DNA from: Rhynchobatus australiae
Taxonomy: Eukaryota
Length of the DNA stretch: 64,000 nucleotides
Assembly: GCA_034780895.1 (NCBI GenBank)
Contig: JAUZTB010000087.1
Coordinates: forward strand, 82,625,383 to 82,689,382
Reading direction: 5' to 3'
Each line of letters begins with the position of its first letter. The first letter of the stretch is position 1. Below the pieces are notes generated by a model that worked only from the letters and a program-made list of their open reading frames with translations, had not been told where the DNA came from and did not search any database. This document shows positions 24,075-38,152 of this stretch, piece after piece. A program made the translations under genes and the position numbers.

Positions 24075-25764
24075 GTAATGAGGTCTTGGTCTTGCAATAA
24101 TATGTATCTTCAGAAAACAACTGGTAGATTCATTCTTTTATTTAAAAAAATCATTGATTCCAATTGCTTCCAATTACAGTCCTTACTACTTTTCTGCTAG
24201 CAAACACCTGCTTCCAGGTTCAGATGTTTTTTTTTCCTGTCTTGCATTGAAACATGGCATAAAGGTGCAACCAGGTGTTGAAAACAACATTTTTCTTTTA
24301 ATTTATCTTTAGGAGCAGATCCATTTGGTGTACATGGAAATACCTGTTCAACATGATACTTTATGCAATAATAATTTGCTCATTTAATAATCTAAAAGTT
24401 CATGTTTAAAAACAAATGAAGTAACAATCCATCTACTTTACCAAAATCTCATTCTTTAAATTTGGAGTGCTCCCTTGTGTTGACCTAACGTTTGACTTCC
24501 ACCTGCAAGTAACAACTTTGACAAGTTATAAATTTACTTAACCACAGTATGAGAACTTCTGAGCTTGATATCAGTTTGTTCTTGCAAGCTTCAATCTATG
24601 AATCTAGATTATCGATATTGGTAAAGAGTTATTTGAACTCTGGTGATTTTGACATACCCTGTGACCTGGGTTTCCTGTGCTTAAGATTAAGGCAGGAAAA
24701 AGGGGAAATACTGTTGAGCTATTAAATCATTTGTAGTCCATAATATTCATTGATGCTTCTCCTCTGAATGGAAATTATACTTGTGAATAGGTGGTAATTG
24801 CTATTATTTAATACTTTCAGGTTGGGGGTTGATTGGGAAATATCTTATTTATTACATTTCTCTATGAAGTTATTATCTAAAGAGCCAGATACTATCTAAA
24901 AACTGGATATGTTTTGAACATTTCAAAAGGTTTGACAATTAAAACAAAAGTTTGCAAAAGCAAAATGGGTGTGTATTCTGCGCATAATTTGAGCCAACTA
25001 TCACATTTTTGAAAGCATTCCACTTTTTAACGTTTTTCTTTGTACAAGCGGATTTAAAAACTAGTAGATGAAATGGATGAGAAAGCTGTATATTTTGTTT
25101 AAGAGAATCGGTTGCCTAATACCATATATGCACAACAAATGCATTCCTGAAAGCTGCAAAGCAAACATGTTATCATAATTTGCAGTTGCACAGATTGCAG
25201 CAACGTGGTACTTGGGTAACGAAATGCATGAGTAGGATCATCTGTACACCAACTTTTTGCATATTGCTACTCCTAAAAATAAAATATTAATGAAGGCAAT
25301 CCATGTGTCCCTGTTGGATTTTTTTTTATAAACCTATCTTTTCCACAAGTTTGCCAGATTGTGTATCTTTGCTTTGCTCATGGTATGTTTCATGATGTAG
25401 GATATTTCTATCATAATGATAATGTACTCCAAAAGTGTTACAACGAGCTGTAATGTGCCCTGCAGAATGTTTGATTGATTTCTATCAATGAAGGCAGCAG
25501 TGCAAATTTTAGTTTTCTGTTTCCCTAGTTTTAACTTGGGTTTTCAAGGTCAGATTTTTTTTTACTAGCTGATACAAAATTTATTGCTTTAATTGCAGTT
25601 AAGAAGTCACTGTATAACTGAAATATGGATTGTTGAGAATATTTTTGTATTTTAAATGCATTTTATTAACATTTTGATCAGAACAGTTTAATAATTATCT
25701 TTTTTTTCAGCCAAGCTAACTTTCATTGAAAGATGTGTTCTCTAAAGGAATGATAGTAAATAAT

Positions 25765-26164
25765 GAATTTGCATGCTGCTGCTTATCCTTGATGTCCTAA
25801 GACTATGGTCCTGAATTACTTTTGAAGTATATTTATTGTTACAATGTGGAAAAACAGCTAGTGTACATGATTAAGGTCTCACAAATAGGAAATAATTAAA
25901 TGACTAATCAAATTATTTTAATGATACATAGGTTGAATATATTTGACAGAACACTGGGAGAATGGCTTTGTTCTTGAAATAACCCCATATAATTTTTGTT
26001 TGTTTTAATTTAGGGAAACAATGGGTTCTTGGTTTGACATCCAATCAGAAAGTGGGCATCTTCAACAGTGCAGTGTTGAGGAGTCTAGATTGTGTGCTCA
26101 AGACTGCTGTATGGATTAACTTTGGAATCTGAAAATTGATTTTAAAAGTGCTGTCACAAAGCCA
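25765..26164 (-). mobile_element. Old Deu-domain SINE (SacSINE1-like)
   Basis: Colinear motifs 'acttttgaagt', 'gaacactgggagaa', 'ttggtttgacatccaatcagaaag', 'ctagattgtgtgctcaag'; colinear with 28989-29365; family name from recall. Confidence 0.7.
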
Positions 26165-28988
26165 AATCTGGGATTTTGCAATGCACATTCAATTTAGTAT
26201 TTGAGAGTAGTGAGTTATCTTTTAGTGGATTTCATGAAAACCTAAAATTGATGTCAATTGTAAAGCAATATTTTACAATTGTAATTAAAACCGGGCACTT
26301 GGTATATATGATTATTCTATATCCAGTACATGATCTGTGAAGAATTTTTCTTAATTTTAGCAACAAAGGATCAACATCTTTACCAGCATTGTTGTGTTAG
26401 GAGAAGAAATCCTTATCTCAGTGTTTAATCTGCTGCTGGTTGGAATATCGAAGTGGGTGGAGGTGATTTGGGCCATGGTTTCCAATGGCAATGCAACAGC
26501 AGAATGACCCAATTTTTTTTTGTTTTGGGTATTAAACATTTTTTTTCATGAATCTAAAGTAATACCAATATCAGAAATACTTTCTAGCTTTGGTATCAGT
26601 AAGATGCACTATTTCCAACTACAGGCATTATTTTATAAGCATGAGTATTCCAGTCTTACAATCTGAAAATTAACAAATTACTATTACCCTTTTTAGAGAT
26701 TATGGGTACAATTCCAAACTTACTTCCTTTGATTTCTGAACCCACAGTTTTCCAAGATGCATGTAATCTAATGTGAAAAGTTTTTTTTAAATATATACAC
26801 CTTTATCCAGGAGAAAATATGAATAAGTGTAAAATGTCTTCTATTGTGCATTGCATTTAAGAAACTAATTTGATAGACTCCATTAGGATTTAATTACTGT
26901 TATGAAATCTGTTTTTGTCTTGCCCAGAACAGTCTCTTTTTTTCAGCATTTTTGTATGCTGTTGAAGTTGAACAGGCTGATTTACTGTTCTGATCAAAAT
27001 GTAAGGTTGTTAATATTCCCTCATAATTTTAATGCTGTGGAGGATTTGGAGGTACTTCCAAAATTAAGTTTTGGAAGGTAAACAGGAGAAAATAGAAAAT
27101 TAGTTTAGTGATTGCTAGTTTCAAAATAATGAGGATGTTGCGGGGAATAGAGAGCATATTCCAATGTCAATGGAAAATGACCTATCATGAAATCAGAACT
27201 TTTAGAAGGTGGCAAATAACTTGTTGGAGCTCTGCCCAAAGTTGCACATAAAAAAACATGAGGCCAAAGCCTGCCACCTGGTTACACATGGCAATTAATA
27301 AATAATTTTGCTCCATTGAACTGTGTGAAGCTAATTCATATAATTTGAGTAATGTAAGCACTACAAAATATGCAGTGAAAATGTTGTATTATTCTTCTAA
27401 CAGGAGTTTTGTTAAAGAGTGAAACAAGGAAATTTCCTCTAGTTTAACTGTAGGAAAATGTGTTCATCGGAGGAAAGAATTCTGTGTAACAGACTTTTGT
27501 CACTGGTAATGTGGAATTATGGGCCAAGTTTCAATTGTGCTATCTTCACTTGTGGATTATTTGCCACATTTTTATTTTATTCAATGGTATGTAACTTCTA
27601 GAATCTTTTATTGGTAAGGATGATAGTACGCTTATAATAATGATTTTCTACATGACTACTTCCAGCACAGCAACGTAAACAAAGTGCTTTTGTGCATTCT
27701 GATTAGACCCTTGTGACTGCAAAGAAATGCATTGTGTATAGGTCTGTATTATTAACTTTAGGACTTTTTTCTGAGGTTTACTGCTGTTTTAATTATTTTA
27801 CTACCAAGTTTTACCACTGGAGGCCCTCAGTCTCTTATGTGTAACTATTGACACTTGCAGTGCTGGACCATTGGCTCTTGATCTTCTGAAATTTGTTTTT
27901 ACAGGCTACAGGTTTAAACAAAAACAATTCTGGAAAAGTTGAGCCAAAAGCAGTATTCCTTAATACTCAGTAGTTTTAAATTTTCTTGCTTTCAGTCTAA
28001 AATGAACCTTTTTTCATAGGCCGCACCTTGCTGCAGAAAATATCTTGACTCAAATGTTGATTCAAGCAGAATGGTGTGTGAAATCCGTAATGTATAGCAA
28101 TTCTTGCTGGATTAATATTGTATTTGAAGTAAGATTACAGTTTTGTTCTAAAATTACAATGAAGTATTTTTATTTTGGATGTTTGTATTTATAGTGAACA
28201 TAAACATTCTCCCAAAAAACTTGCTGAAAACACTTTCATCAGCATCTAGGAAATTCTTGTTATATACGAAGCGTCAAAAATTTATTTAATAAATACTTTT
28301 GAACATGAATATTTGCAGTTCAGTTGGGGGGGAAGCAAACTTGTCTTTACTGATTTTAGAGTGGGGGAGGAAGTTGTCCATTTAGTTGCTATTGTTTATA
28401 AACTTGTTATTATCAAAGTGTAGCTCTTAACATGCCAGAAGCTTGCTAATATGCCTAGCTCAATGACAAGATATCGTTATCACAGTAACATTTACTGAAA
28501 TAAACCACTGAACAGCAGTTGATGGAAATATGCCTTAAAATTGTTTTGTTCATTTTGCAATTCCTTACCCCATTATTTTCAATTTCCCTTTAGATTTTAA
28601 TGTGGCTTTGTACTAATATACTGCATTCCACCAACCATCAACTCCCTATTCCACTTAAGTTTGGAGTCAGATTTTGGTTCAAGATATTTCTTTGACAATT
28701 CAGTTTCAGTCCAAAGACTAATGCCATGCATGAGACGTAGTCAACTTTTGAGTCATTTGCAGATTAACTAGAAATAATACTGTAGAGTGAGTGTTTGGCA
28801 GCCTGAGGTAAAGGAGAACTCCATTTGTTGTGCACTGTGAAGGTTAAAGCATGTTATTCAAATTATAAATCATTTGTCCAAATAAAATATGCCATTGAAT
28901 CCCCATTGATATTGATCATGATTGTCAGGCAAGCCATATTATCTACAGTGAGCTAAATTATAAGTAGGAAATTTAAACAAAAAACTGT

Positions 28989-29365
28989 CTTTCACAACCA
29001 CAGGATGATCCAAATTGTTTCACAGCCATCTAAAAACCTTTTGAAATGTTTTTGTATCCAATTTGGATGTGCCTAGTTCTCACGGGTAGTGTGAAAATGA
29101 CCAGATGATATGTTTCAGTTACTTCATAATCATGAAATACTCAGCCAGAGCATTGAGGATAACTCCCTTACTCTTTAAGATAGTGCAAAGTGGCCTTCAT
29201 ATCTGTTATGGTTCAATACTTAACCAAAATGATGGCGTTTTCAAAAGTATGGCAATCAGTGAGTCACGCACTGCAGCACCAGTCGAGATTTTTGTGCTCA
29301 TACCCTGAAATGGGGGTTGAAAATGTAATCTTCTGACTTCAAAGCAAGAGGGCTAATGATGACTG
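28989..29365 (-). mobile_element. Old Deu-domain SINE (SacSINE1-like)
   Basis: 'ctttcacaaccacaggatg', 'atgaccagatgat', 'gaggataactccctt', 'gatttttgtgctca', 'atcttctgactt'. Confidence 0.7.
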
Positions 29366-32289
29366 GAAAGGTGATCCAAAACTTAACCTGAAACTGGGTG
29401 GGGTGAAATGGATTAAGACTCAAAGTAGTATAACTTAATGTTACTTAATGTTTTTTTGTACTCATCAATACTATGCCAGTGTTAACTGCTTTTCCCCTGT
29501 GATGCATATCATTTAAGTTTAAATATTACTTTTGTGTATAGTTCTCTTTGACTCTATTTGGATATTAAATATCATTTACCTTACTGATCAATCAAAAAAG
29601 TTTGTTCCCATGTACTCATGATCAGTTTAGTTCATGGTTGCTTTGCATGTCGCTAAGGTTTGACCTGAACCCTTTTTTATAATACAGAAATTTCCACGCT
29701 TAGTAATTTGAAGGACGCAGCCTCCCATCACAGTCACTGCTTGATAATGTATTTTTTACTTAATCTTGTCTGTTTGTTGCAAGTCTGTGAAATGATTCCT
29801 TCTCATTCTTATGTCAGTGAATGCATCCATTGTCCTCTCAAGGGAATGCCATCTTGTTTCATGTTTTAATCCTTGTACAAAAGTGTTTGATGGAAATGGT
29901 TCTGGGTTTATTAGCATTTTGAAAGATTGATGAATACATTTCACTCCATAACAATTTGGGCATTAACTTTTTTCCAATGAAGTTTGGGAATGAATCCAGG
30001 TGGGGAATCATGGTTATTATTTCTGAATTTGTAAATCTCATGGATGGCTAGACCAAAGGAGTTCAGAGAAGACAGATAATTAGACTTAAATGAACACATG
30101 TCATCGTGTAGTCTGATTACTTTATTTTCTTGGGTTAGCATGAAGTCCATTCTCATTGTGCCTCTGAATGAATTGTTACTCCACGCTTTTTTCAGCTCAT
30201 GGCCTGTTTTGAAAGTTAATAGTAAAACCCTCTCGGTTCTGCATGGCATGCTGGGAAACAGCTTGGTCAATTTTGTATGTGAAAGTCACAAATCTGCTAT
30301 GAAAGTACAACCCCTTGACCCTGTTAATGTCCATTTGTTTCTAATTTAAATGAGTTCTTGAGCCCTTGTAACAGTAAACTACCTCAAGTGATTTCTTGGC
30401 TTCTCATTGAATTTGTTACTTCTAAACTTTGAATTTCTTTTGTTCTTGCTAAACCAAGAGGTTACGCATTAACCTTTGCTGGTTCCTCTTCTGCTGATAT
30501 TTCTCCATTACTACTGTGATACAGCAAATTGATTACAGTGATCAATGAGTTGCAACTGGAGACCAAGGTTTATCCAAGCATTCATCTCATTTGTAGGCCC
30601 CTATTCCATACTTGGATAATTTTGATGTTTTATGTGACCTTCCATGCTTCATTTGGCCTTTAATTCCCATATTACACACTGGGTTTCATTAAAGATCAAT
30701 ATATTTGATGAATCTGTTGGCAAATTTTTAAATGTTTAATTTAGAAACTGATCACTTTTCAGTGTATGGGTTGTCAGATCTTGAGTCCAATCAGTACCAC
30801 ATGAATAGGTTCCTTACAAGATTGTGGTTATAAAGTGGGCGTGTCAAATAATTTCCATATGTAAACAATATGGAAATCAGTGACATTAACAAAGCTAATT
30901 ACTCCTATTTGTCAAAAACTCAGTAACATAATTAAACTTAGTAATTGTTCCATTGGTACTGAGCAGAACTATTCATGTCAGTTGCATTCTGAGATAAAAG
31001 TAGTCCTTAACTATGGCTGAATCAAGAAGTTTTTTTTGAAAATAATGTAATTGTTTGCAGACCAGTCACCAGTCCATATCTACAACCTCTAATTTGTCAA
31101 GTTTGAAATTGAGCTCTGGAATGCAAACTCTTTAATTCTTTACGTGATCATATTTGAATAGCCTTTAGTCCAAGTAGAACATGCCTCTGTCATTCATTAT
31201 AACCCACTTCATTTTTCCAACAAAGAATGTCGGACAAACCAGCATGGAACAAGTTTTGTTTTTAATCTATTGATCTTTTAACTTGAGTAATTTTTAAANN
31301 NNNNNNNNNNNNNNNNNNNNNNNNNNNNNNNNNNNNNNNNNNNNNNNNNNNNNNNNNNNNNNNNNNNNNNNNNNNNNNNNNNNNNNNNNNNNNNNNNNTT
31401 AAATGTAAAATTTGTGCATGTTTCAAAAAAATCGATTAGAATGGAAAAATCATGAACAATATGAGATTATCTCTCCACCCCTCCCTCCCCAATTTGTCAT
31501 CAACCATTTCTCCAAAATACCAGCTCAGGAATCTCTGATCTAAAATAAGAAATTTGAACAAAATTAACTGGAAAAGAACGTGTGCCATTATGGAATTCAG
31601 GTCTTTATTACATCCATTTATAATTCAGGTTTAAAAATAAGTAACTAAAACACAGGTTTAAGATGAGAGATAAAGAAAAGTAACTTTCACACAAAATTGA
31701 ACAAGATGTTACACTTGTATTTTGTTTTCCCTGTTTTAAGAATATCCTCTTTATGAACCTTTGCAAATAATTAAAAGTTAAAGTTAACATTTTATTTCAC
31801 TTTGGGATGAATGTTAATTTTTTCCAAAGAAGAGGACCAAGCAGGTGGAGCCTCATTCAGCTCTCACATTCACTCAGCTTCTCTGATAAACACTGTCTCT
31901 TTAAAGATGAAGGTCCTGCTGAATCCAGTGTTATTTCGTGTGCAATAAAGGGAAGTTTCTATTCTGTTGCATATGATCAGTTTAGTCAAAATGAAATATT
32001 AAGATCTTCACAAAATTTGTCTCTGAGACTCTCAAATTACGTTTGGGGCCTCAGAGTGACATCCCTTTGGTTTTGTCGTGTTTATGTCAACAAGTCTAGT
32101 TAATGTTCTCCAAGGGACTGGTAAATATGGGAGGCCCTCATACCACTGTTACTTTGTAAATAATATCATTTTCCACCATTTTATCATACCCAGACTGTTC
32201 CTTCTTGCTTTCTGTTGTTTTGTTTGATGGTTATACAATTTAATGTGATCAGTATTTTGTGTTTCCTTTAGTTGTTGGAGGCTATATGA

Positions 32290-32462
32290 TGCTGGCTCTG
32301 AGCAATTCTATCAGTCCCATTCCCCATTCACTCCCCAGTAATCTGTGTTCTCCTTGTGTCCATTCCCCTACTGAATCACCTGGTGCAATGAACGCTAATT
32401 CACATATCTTTGAGATGTGAGAGGAAACTTGAGCATCCAGGAGAAACCCAGCCAATCATAGG
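32290..32462 (-). mobile_element. V-SINE remnant
   Basis: 'atctttgagatgtgagaggaaacttgagcatccaggagaaaccca' is the reverse-complement V-domain. Confidence 0.65.
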
Positions 32463-34044
32463 ATTGTTCCATGATATGCTACAGTTCCTTTATAAAGTGG
32501 TTCAAAATGGTCCCTAAATATTAGATTTGCCGCCTTCATTTTCATGAGACCACTTGCTTTCACCGGCTCAACTGCCATTATTACTATTTTCTCCCACCCC
32601 TTCCATAGAATCCCAAGGGATCCCTTCTACAGCACCTTTTATATCTGGAGTATCAACTTTGCTATTTCCTTCCCATCTTGACTTTCTACTACAGTAGACC
32701 TTCACTTTGTGTACAAAATCAATTGTGTTTTCATTCATTGCGACTTAAGAATGGTTTTCCATCTGCTGATCTAAATTTTTGCTATCCCAATTTTCCAGAA
32801 ACTGTCAATGAATTGCGGACATGCATGGAACCTATCTGGCAGTAAATGGTGGTAGCAATTCAATTGTGTGCGTTACTTTAAATGTAACAGCAACCAAGTC
32901 TGCTTGCAGTGCACTTGGCTGAGTCAGTAATTTCAAATGCTATTTTGTTAAATGGATCCTAAATTCCATAGCTTTTCTGCTTGAACCATCTACAAAAATT
33001 CCCCTCCATTCTGAATGAATTCTCATCTTATATTCTTCTGATTCCCAACAAGGGTTAGTCATTTGTTCAGTGCTGTGCTTCCCCTGCCATTTACACTAGG
33101 CTTCTGTGTGTTCAGAATGAATTGACTTGGTTCTCAAAGCCATCCAGGATGTTTTTCTTTGAGGATTTGTGGGCTGGGTTCTCATGATGGGAATGTTGCA
33201 CCTTTTTTCAAAGAGGCTGTGAGAACTTTCTTGATTCATTTGCTGATAATCTTTTGCTGTGGGAATAGTATATCTGTTTCAGGAATCTGTTGCGAGTCTT
33301 GTGAATCATGTGGTGAGTTTAAAGGAGTCGATTGTGTTTTATAAGGGTATCAATGCTGGGCATGTTGGATTGGGAGAGAGTACAGACTTTGGTCACTTAT
33401 CCTGTCTGTCGGTTTGGAGGATTTTACAGGTATTGTTTTGGAGGTATCTCCACAGTTTGAAGGTCTTTTGAGGTGTCTGCTGAATGGATTCCATGATTCA
33501 AATGTATAGGAAGCCAGGGTTGATTGCTGCCTGGTTGACTGTGAGCATTGTGTCTGGTTTCTGGCCTTGATCTTCATACATTCTTCAGATGATCAGAGGC
33601 TGTGCTGATGCACTGAAGGTGACGTTGAATGTCATAATCAGTGCTTCATCTTTGTTGAGAGGTGGCTCGTATCAAATAACTATCCCTAATTGCCGTGGAG
33701 GTTAATGATGTGCTACCTTGAGCCTCAATAACTCGGTAATGCTGTGGATGTTAGAGAGTAAGGTATTAAGGAGTGGTAGCATACTTTATCTATGGACAAT
33801 AAAATAATGGTAATCAATTCTGGGTTTTGACTGCCTTGTTGGTGAAAGTTAGGTGGAGCCTTTTTTTCTTCTCTTCTGTCAAGACCACTTGGTAAGTTGC
33901 TGCAGCACACACTGAAGATGACAGCCTTGATGGCCAATGTAGAGTGCAATGGCAGTGGCACTGTTCAGTCAGACATTGGATTACTCTGACTTGAACCTTT
34001 TAAATAGCAGAACATTTCTGGGTAATCTGGAGGTCAGTCATGGG

Positions 34045-34150
34045 GACGCGAGAGACCTCAGATGCTGGAATCAAGAGCAAAGACAAACTACTGGAGGATC
34101 CTGACATAGATGCTGCCTGACCTGCCAAGTTCCACCAGCAGTTTTTTTTA
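34045..34150. repeat. Internally deleted Penelope-derived palindromic element
   Basis: 'cagatgctggaatcaagagcaaagacaaactactggagga' joined to 'catagatgctgcctgacctgccaagttccaccagcagttttt'. Confidence 0.65.
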
Positions 34151-34679
34151 CTGCTGGAGGTCAGTCGTGTTTTGTTGAGTGTCCAGCTTTTGTTTTTGTA
34201 ATGATATTGTTGATATGGATGATTCAATTAAGTTTCAGGTTGATAATGACTTCCAAAATAATGGTATGGGAATTTAATAGTGCCAATTAAAGATTGAATT
34301 GCATTCTCGCTTGCACCCCCTCTGTCACTCATTTGTGTATCATCCCTTTGTTCTTGCTTTCCACTTCCAAAGTGTGTGCTTCTGTGTTCACTCTTTGTGT
34401 CTCTGAACTTGTACCCTCACACTACCTGAGCTCAATTTCACTCCAGTGCTGCAGAGACTGCCTATTCGACTGAACCCGATGGAACCTCGCTATGTGGCGG
34501 GATCGGATCGGCTTTGAATTAGGGCTTGGGACGGGCCATGATAACAACTGCCTCCTTTAAATGAATGAATGTGCTAATAAGTTCTCCAGATGCACGTGTT
34601 TTAAAGCAAAGATTGTATGTTAAATAAAGTGTTATTTATTTACACTCCTTGTTCTGTGTTATGCTGCTGAGTCTGCAGA

Positions 34680-34836
34680 GCAGGCGGGTTTGGCACTGAA
34701 GGCATTCTGTCAATGCACAAACTGTACAAGACAGCCCCTCGCTGCTCTTGGGTCGGTTGTATCTAGCCAGGAACTGGGAAAATCTCCTGAAAGGAGATGC
34801 ACTTTGTACTTGGGATGTCTCCAGAATGGAGAGCCG
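34680..34836 (+). other. Candidate alternative first exon, possibly coding MHFVLGMSPEWRA (phase 1)
   Basis: Non-repetitive and locally CpG-enriched (34450-35360); ATG at 34797; consensus donor CCG|gtgagt at 34837. Confidence 0.45.
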
Positions 34837-36479
34837 GTGAGTTTGACAGGGAGGGCTTCAATGCTTCAGTGTTTTGCCTGGGAACCAAAGTTTTCAAGTT
34901 GAAGATGTACGAGCATCCACCAGTGCTGGGTAGAATAAGCAGGTGTCATGGGCTGCGTGAACACGCTGGAGTGGGCTTGATGGTGATGACTGGGTACTAA
35001 AGAAGTTCCAAGTCCTTGGGCTCAGTTCGGGTGTGAAGTGACTGCTTTGGATCGGGTTTTAATTTTGTGCTGAAGAAGACCTTAACTGCAGTGTGCTCAT
35101 CTTTCCTGTCGCTGCTTGGGAAAATCTGTGTAACCAAGGCTGAAAGGATTACATCATGAGAAAATGTTGTGTAAACCAGATTTGTTTTCCATTTGACTTT
35201 TGGAAGATTTGGGGTTATGTCATTGAGGTAGTAAAGGGGTCCAATATGATGAATGGCACAGAAGCTTATTCCTTTGGAGGATTTTAAAGTTAAATCTGTC
35301 ATTTCGGAGTGAACTGCTCTTTCAACACAGAACAATCTGAAACGGTCTCGCCGCCTCCCTCTCTCAAAATCAAGCAGTGGATCTTGGATTAATTGAATTT
35401 TCAACACTGGGGTAGTTTTTGAAATTTGGAGCAAAAGTGTCTTTGTAAAATCCAGGTACTTATCAATTATAAATATAGAAGATAAAGCTTGAAGTTAAAT
35501 AGCTTGTTGTTTCTATGTTACCATTTAAAATGAGAATTTGTTTGACTGGGGCATCATGTTGGGATTAACCTTGGAGAATCCCAGTACAGAGGACTCTATA
35601 AAATTATCATTAACGTTAATAGGACAGGTACATCAGATGGAAATATTATTCCACATTGTCTNNNNNNNNNNNNNNNATTAGCTGACATCCCATACTTCCT
35701 TTATTTTCCCTATATTAACAGGATAGAGGCTCCAGAAGTGGTGAGGTAGTACTCTCATTTTAGGGAATTGATCCCCAGACATCAGCGTTGGCCGTGAACC
35801 CCATGAAGTTGCATTGAGGGGAAATGTCTTGCTGATTGGTTAAAGGTAAATAACAATCTGTAGTCCTCCAAATTGAACTTCACTTCAGAACAACTTTAAG
35901 TGAAGCAAGGGTACATGATGTATTCTTGAATCCAGTGTTTTAATGACCACCAAGAATTTCTTGGACCATTAGTGAGAAGGTGTGGGGATCCATTGTGTTT
36001 AAAAGTGTGCTAGTTCATTCAATTATTTCGAAGTGACTTCAATCTGAAGTGTTGAGTGGACGATCCTACTCTGTCATTGCCTGTTGCAGGTGTCTGTTTC
36101 CATTCAATTCAATACACATTAATATGCATCTATGGATGTGATTGCAACAGCAAATACTGTGAACTTTGACAGTATCTTGGATCAAATGCTGAAGTATATC
36201 AGAGAGGGGTTATCTGCAACCATGTTCTTCCAAGCCACCTATGAATCTGAATATCAGTCCATAGAACATACAGCAATGTTCTATCCATACTGGACAAGAT
36301 TAATCTAGTCAATTAATACACTATATGCATCCTTCAATTATCTTTTAAATGAGCGATCAGTGATGCTATCAAGTAAAACCTGTTTATCAATAACATGATT
36401 TAGCACTTTGTTCAATTTCTGCCAAAGTTACTTGCCTACTGACTTCCACCATGGTCTTAATTTGGACATGTTGCTCCAA

Positions 36480-37030
36480 GCTGATTGAAATTAACCTCTC
36501 TTGACATCAGGGTAGTTTATGATCAAGATTAAAAGATAAAATTCCTCAGGCGGTTGAGGCATTAACTGATGACAAGAAATGTGACAGCAGTTGTTTGAAG
36601 CTGGCCATTACAGCCCTAGGATGTTGGCAGAATTTATTCAGGAAAGTGTCCTCTGTTGAAACACCTTCATCAATGAGCTTCACTTTGTGAATCAAAGAGA
36701 TTCATTCCAGAATTTATGACAGTGTTCAGCTTTGTTCACAATCTTTCAGAAAACAAAACCACTTTTGACTGCCTATGGTAAATTTTGGGCAACATGCAGA
36801 CTTTGGCTGACATGTGACATGAGTGATCCTCATGACTTTAAATGCTCACGAGTAAAAGAAAATTGAGAGAACTGATGCATTGGCACATCTAGCATTATCA
36901 GCCCTCAACACCTCCTTGGCCAAAACTACACCACCTTATTGGAACAAGCCATGCTTTAGTCTAGATTTCCAGATCAGCCAATCATAAAAATATTAACCAC
37001 AGGAACGAGTTAGAGGTTAGATACTTCATT
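36480..37030 (+). mobile_element. Decayed old LINE RT remnant
   Basis: 'attcaggaaagtgtcctc...accttcatcaatgagctt' resembles a decayed QGSVL...FINDL coding motif. Confidence 0.45.
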
Positions 37031-37084
37031 GCCAAGTACATGCTGGGTTTGCATATAATTTCTATATTATGAACTGTACATACT

Positions 37085-37495
37085 GGTTAAGCTGCTGGGC
37101 TAGAGGCCTAGACAATTAGTGTCCAAATTTCACCATTGCAGCTACAAATTTTAAATTCAATAATCTGGAATTTCAATATAAACATCAATAATGATTACAT
37201 TGAAACTGCTGAATTGCTGTAAAAAAAACACCTAGTTTATAAATGTCCTTGAGATGAAAAAAAATCCTGGTCTGATTAATCTTTGCCTCTGAAATGGCCC
37301 AGCAAGACATTTAAGTATNNNNNNNNNNNNNNNNNNNNNNNNNNNNNNNNNNNNNNNNNNNNNNNNNNNNNNNNNNNNNNNNNNNNNNNNNNNNNNNNNN
37401 NNNNNNNNNNNNNNNNNNGAAATGGCCCAGCAAGACATTTAAGTATGATGGGCAATATATTCTGGCCTTGTTACATATCCGTGATATCCCTATCT
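37085..37495 (+). mobile_element. Old SINE sharing its 3' tail with the old LINE family
   Basis: 'cctctgaaatggcccagcaag' and tail 'gatgggcaatatattctggccttg', the reverse complement of the LINE ends at 42850 and 43165. Confidence 0.6.
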
Positions 37496-38105
37496 CATAA
37501 CCTGGACAGCTGCATTCACTTAAGAACTTTCTTGCATATTTTGTACATATGATGCAGCTGAAATCCATATATTCATTGTGTTTGTTAGTGAAAGCATAAA
37601 ACTAAAGCAGGAGTGTGCTGATGCAGTTTGGTTTGCTGTACTGAAATTATACATGCTGAATATCTGTGCGGACTCATTAATGGACAAAAGGGATGAGTCT
37701 TCACTGTTGGAAGAATGGGTTCATGCAGGAATAAAACTGCTTCTGAAAAGATTTTATGTGCAGCTGGATAAACTTGAGTGAAAAGTAAAGGGCTTTCATA
37801 TAAAAATTAGAAAGTGATTTGAGGTGAATAACAATGCACCTTTTTATGTAGATTTTCACCCATTGGAATTTAAAGGTGATCAGTGGAGATGATTGGGTTA
37901 ATAACTTGTATATTTATGTATATAGCTTGTTCAATAGATAATAGTTACATTTCTCTGGAGAAATCCTTTTATTGGAAAATTTTACTTCAGAATTTTTTTG
38001 CTCCACTGTTTAAACAGACTCTGTTTTCTGTTGTGCAGTTGTTAATCTTGAATTTGATGATAATCTGATAAATTTTGGGCATGTGTTTCTATTTTTAATC
38101 TTCAG

Positions 38106-38152
38106 GATTGCAGAAAATTACAAATATGGAGGTTGATAATTTATCAATGACA
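38106..38152 (+). CDS. Candidate ATG-containing micro-exon (MEVDNLSMT, coding 38126-38152, phase 0)
   Basis: tttctatttttaatcttcag acceptor; aatATGG Kozak context; ACA|gtatgt donor; no homology recognised. Confidence 0.35.
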
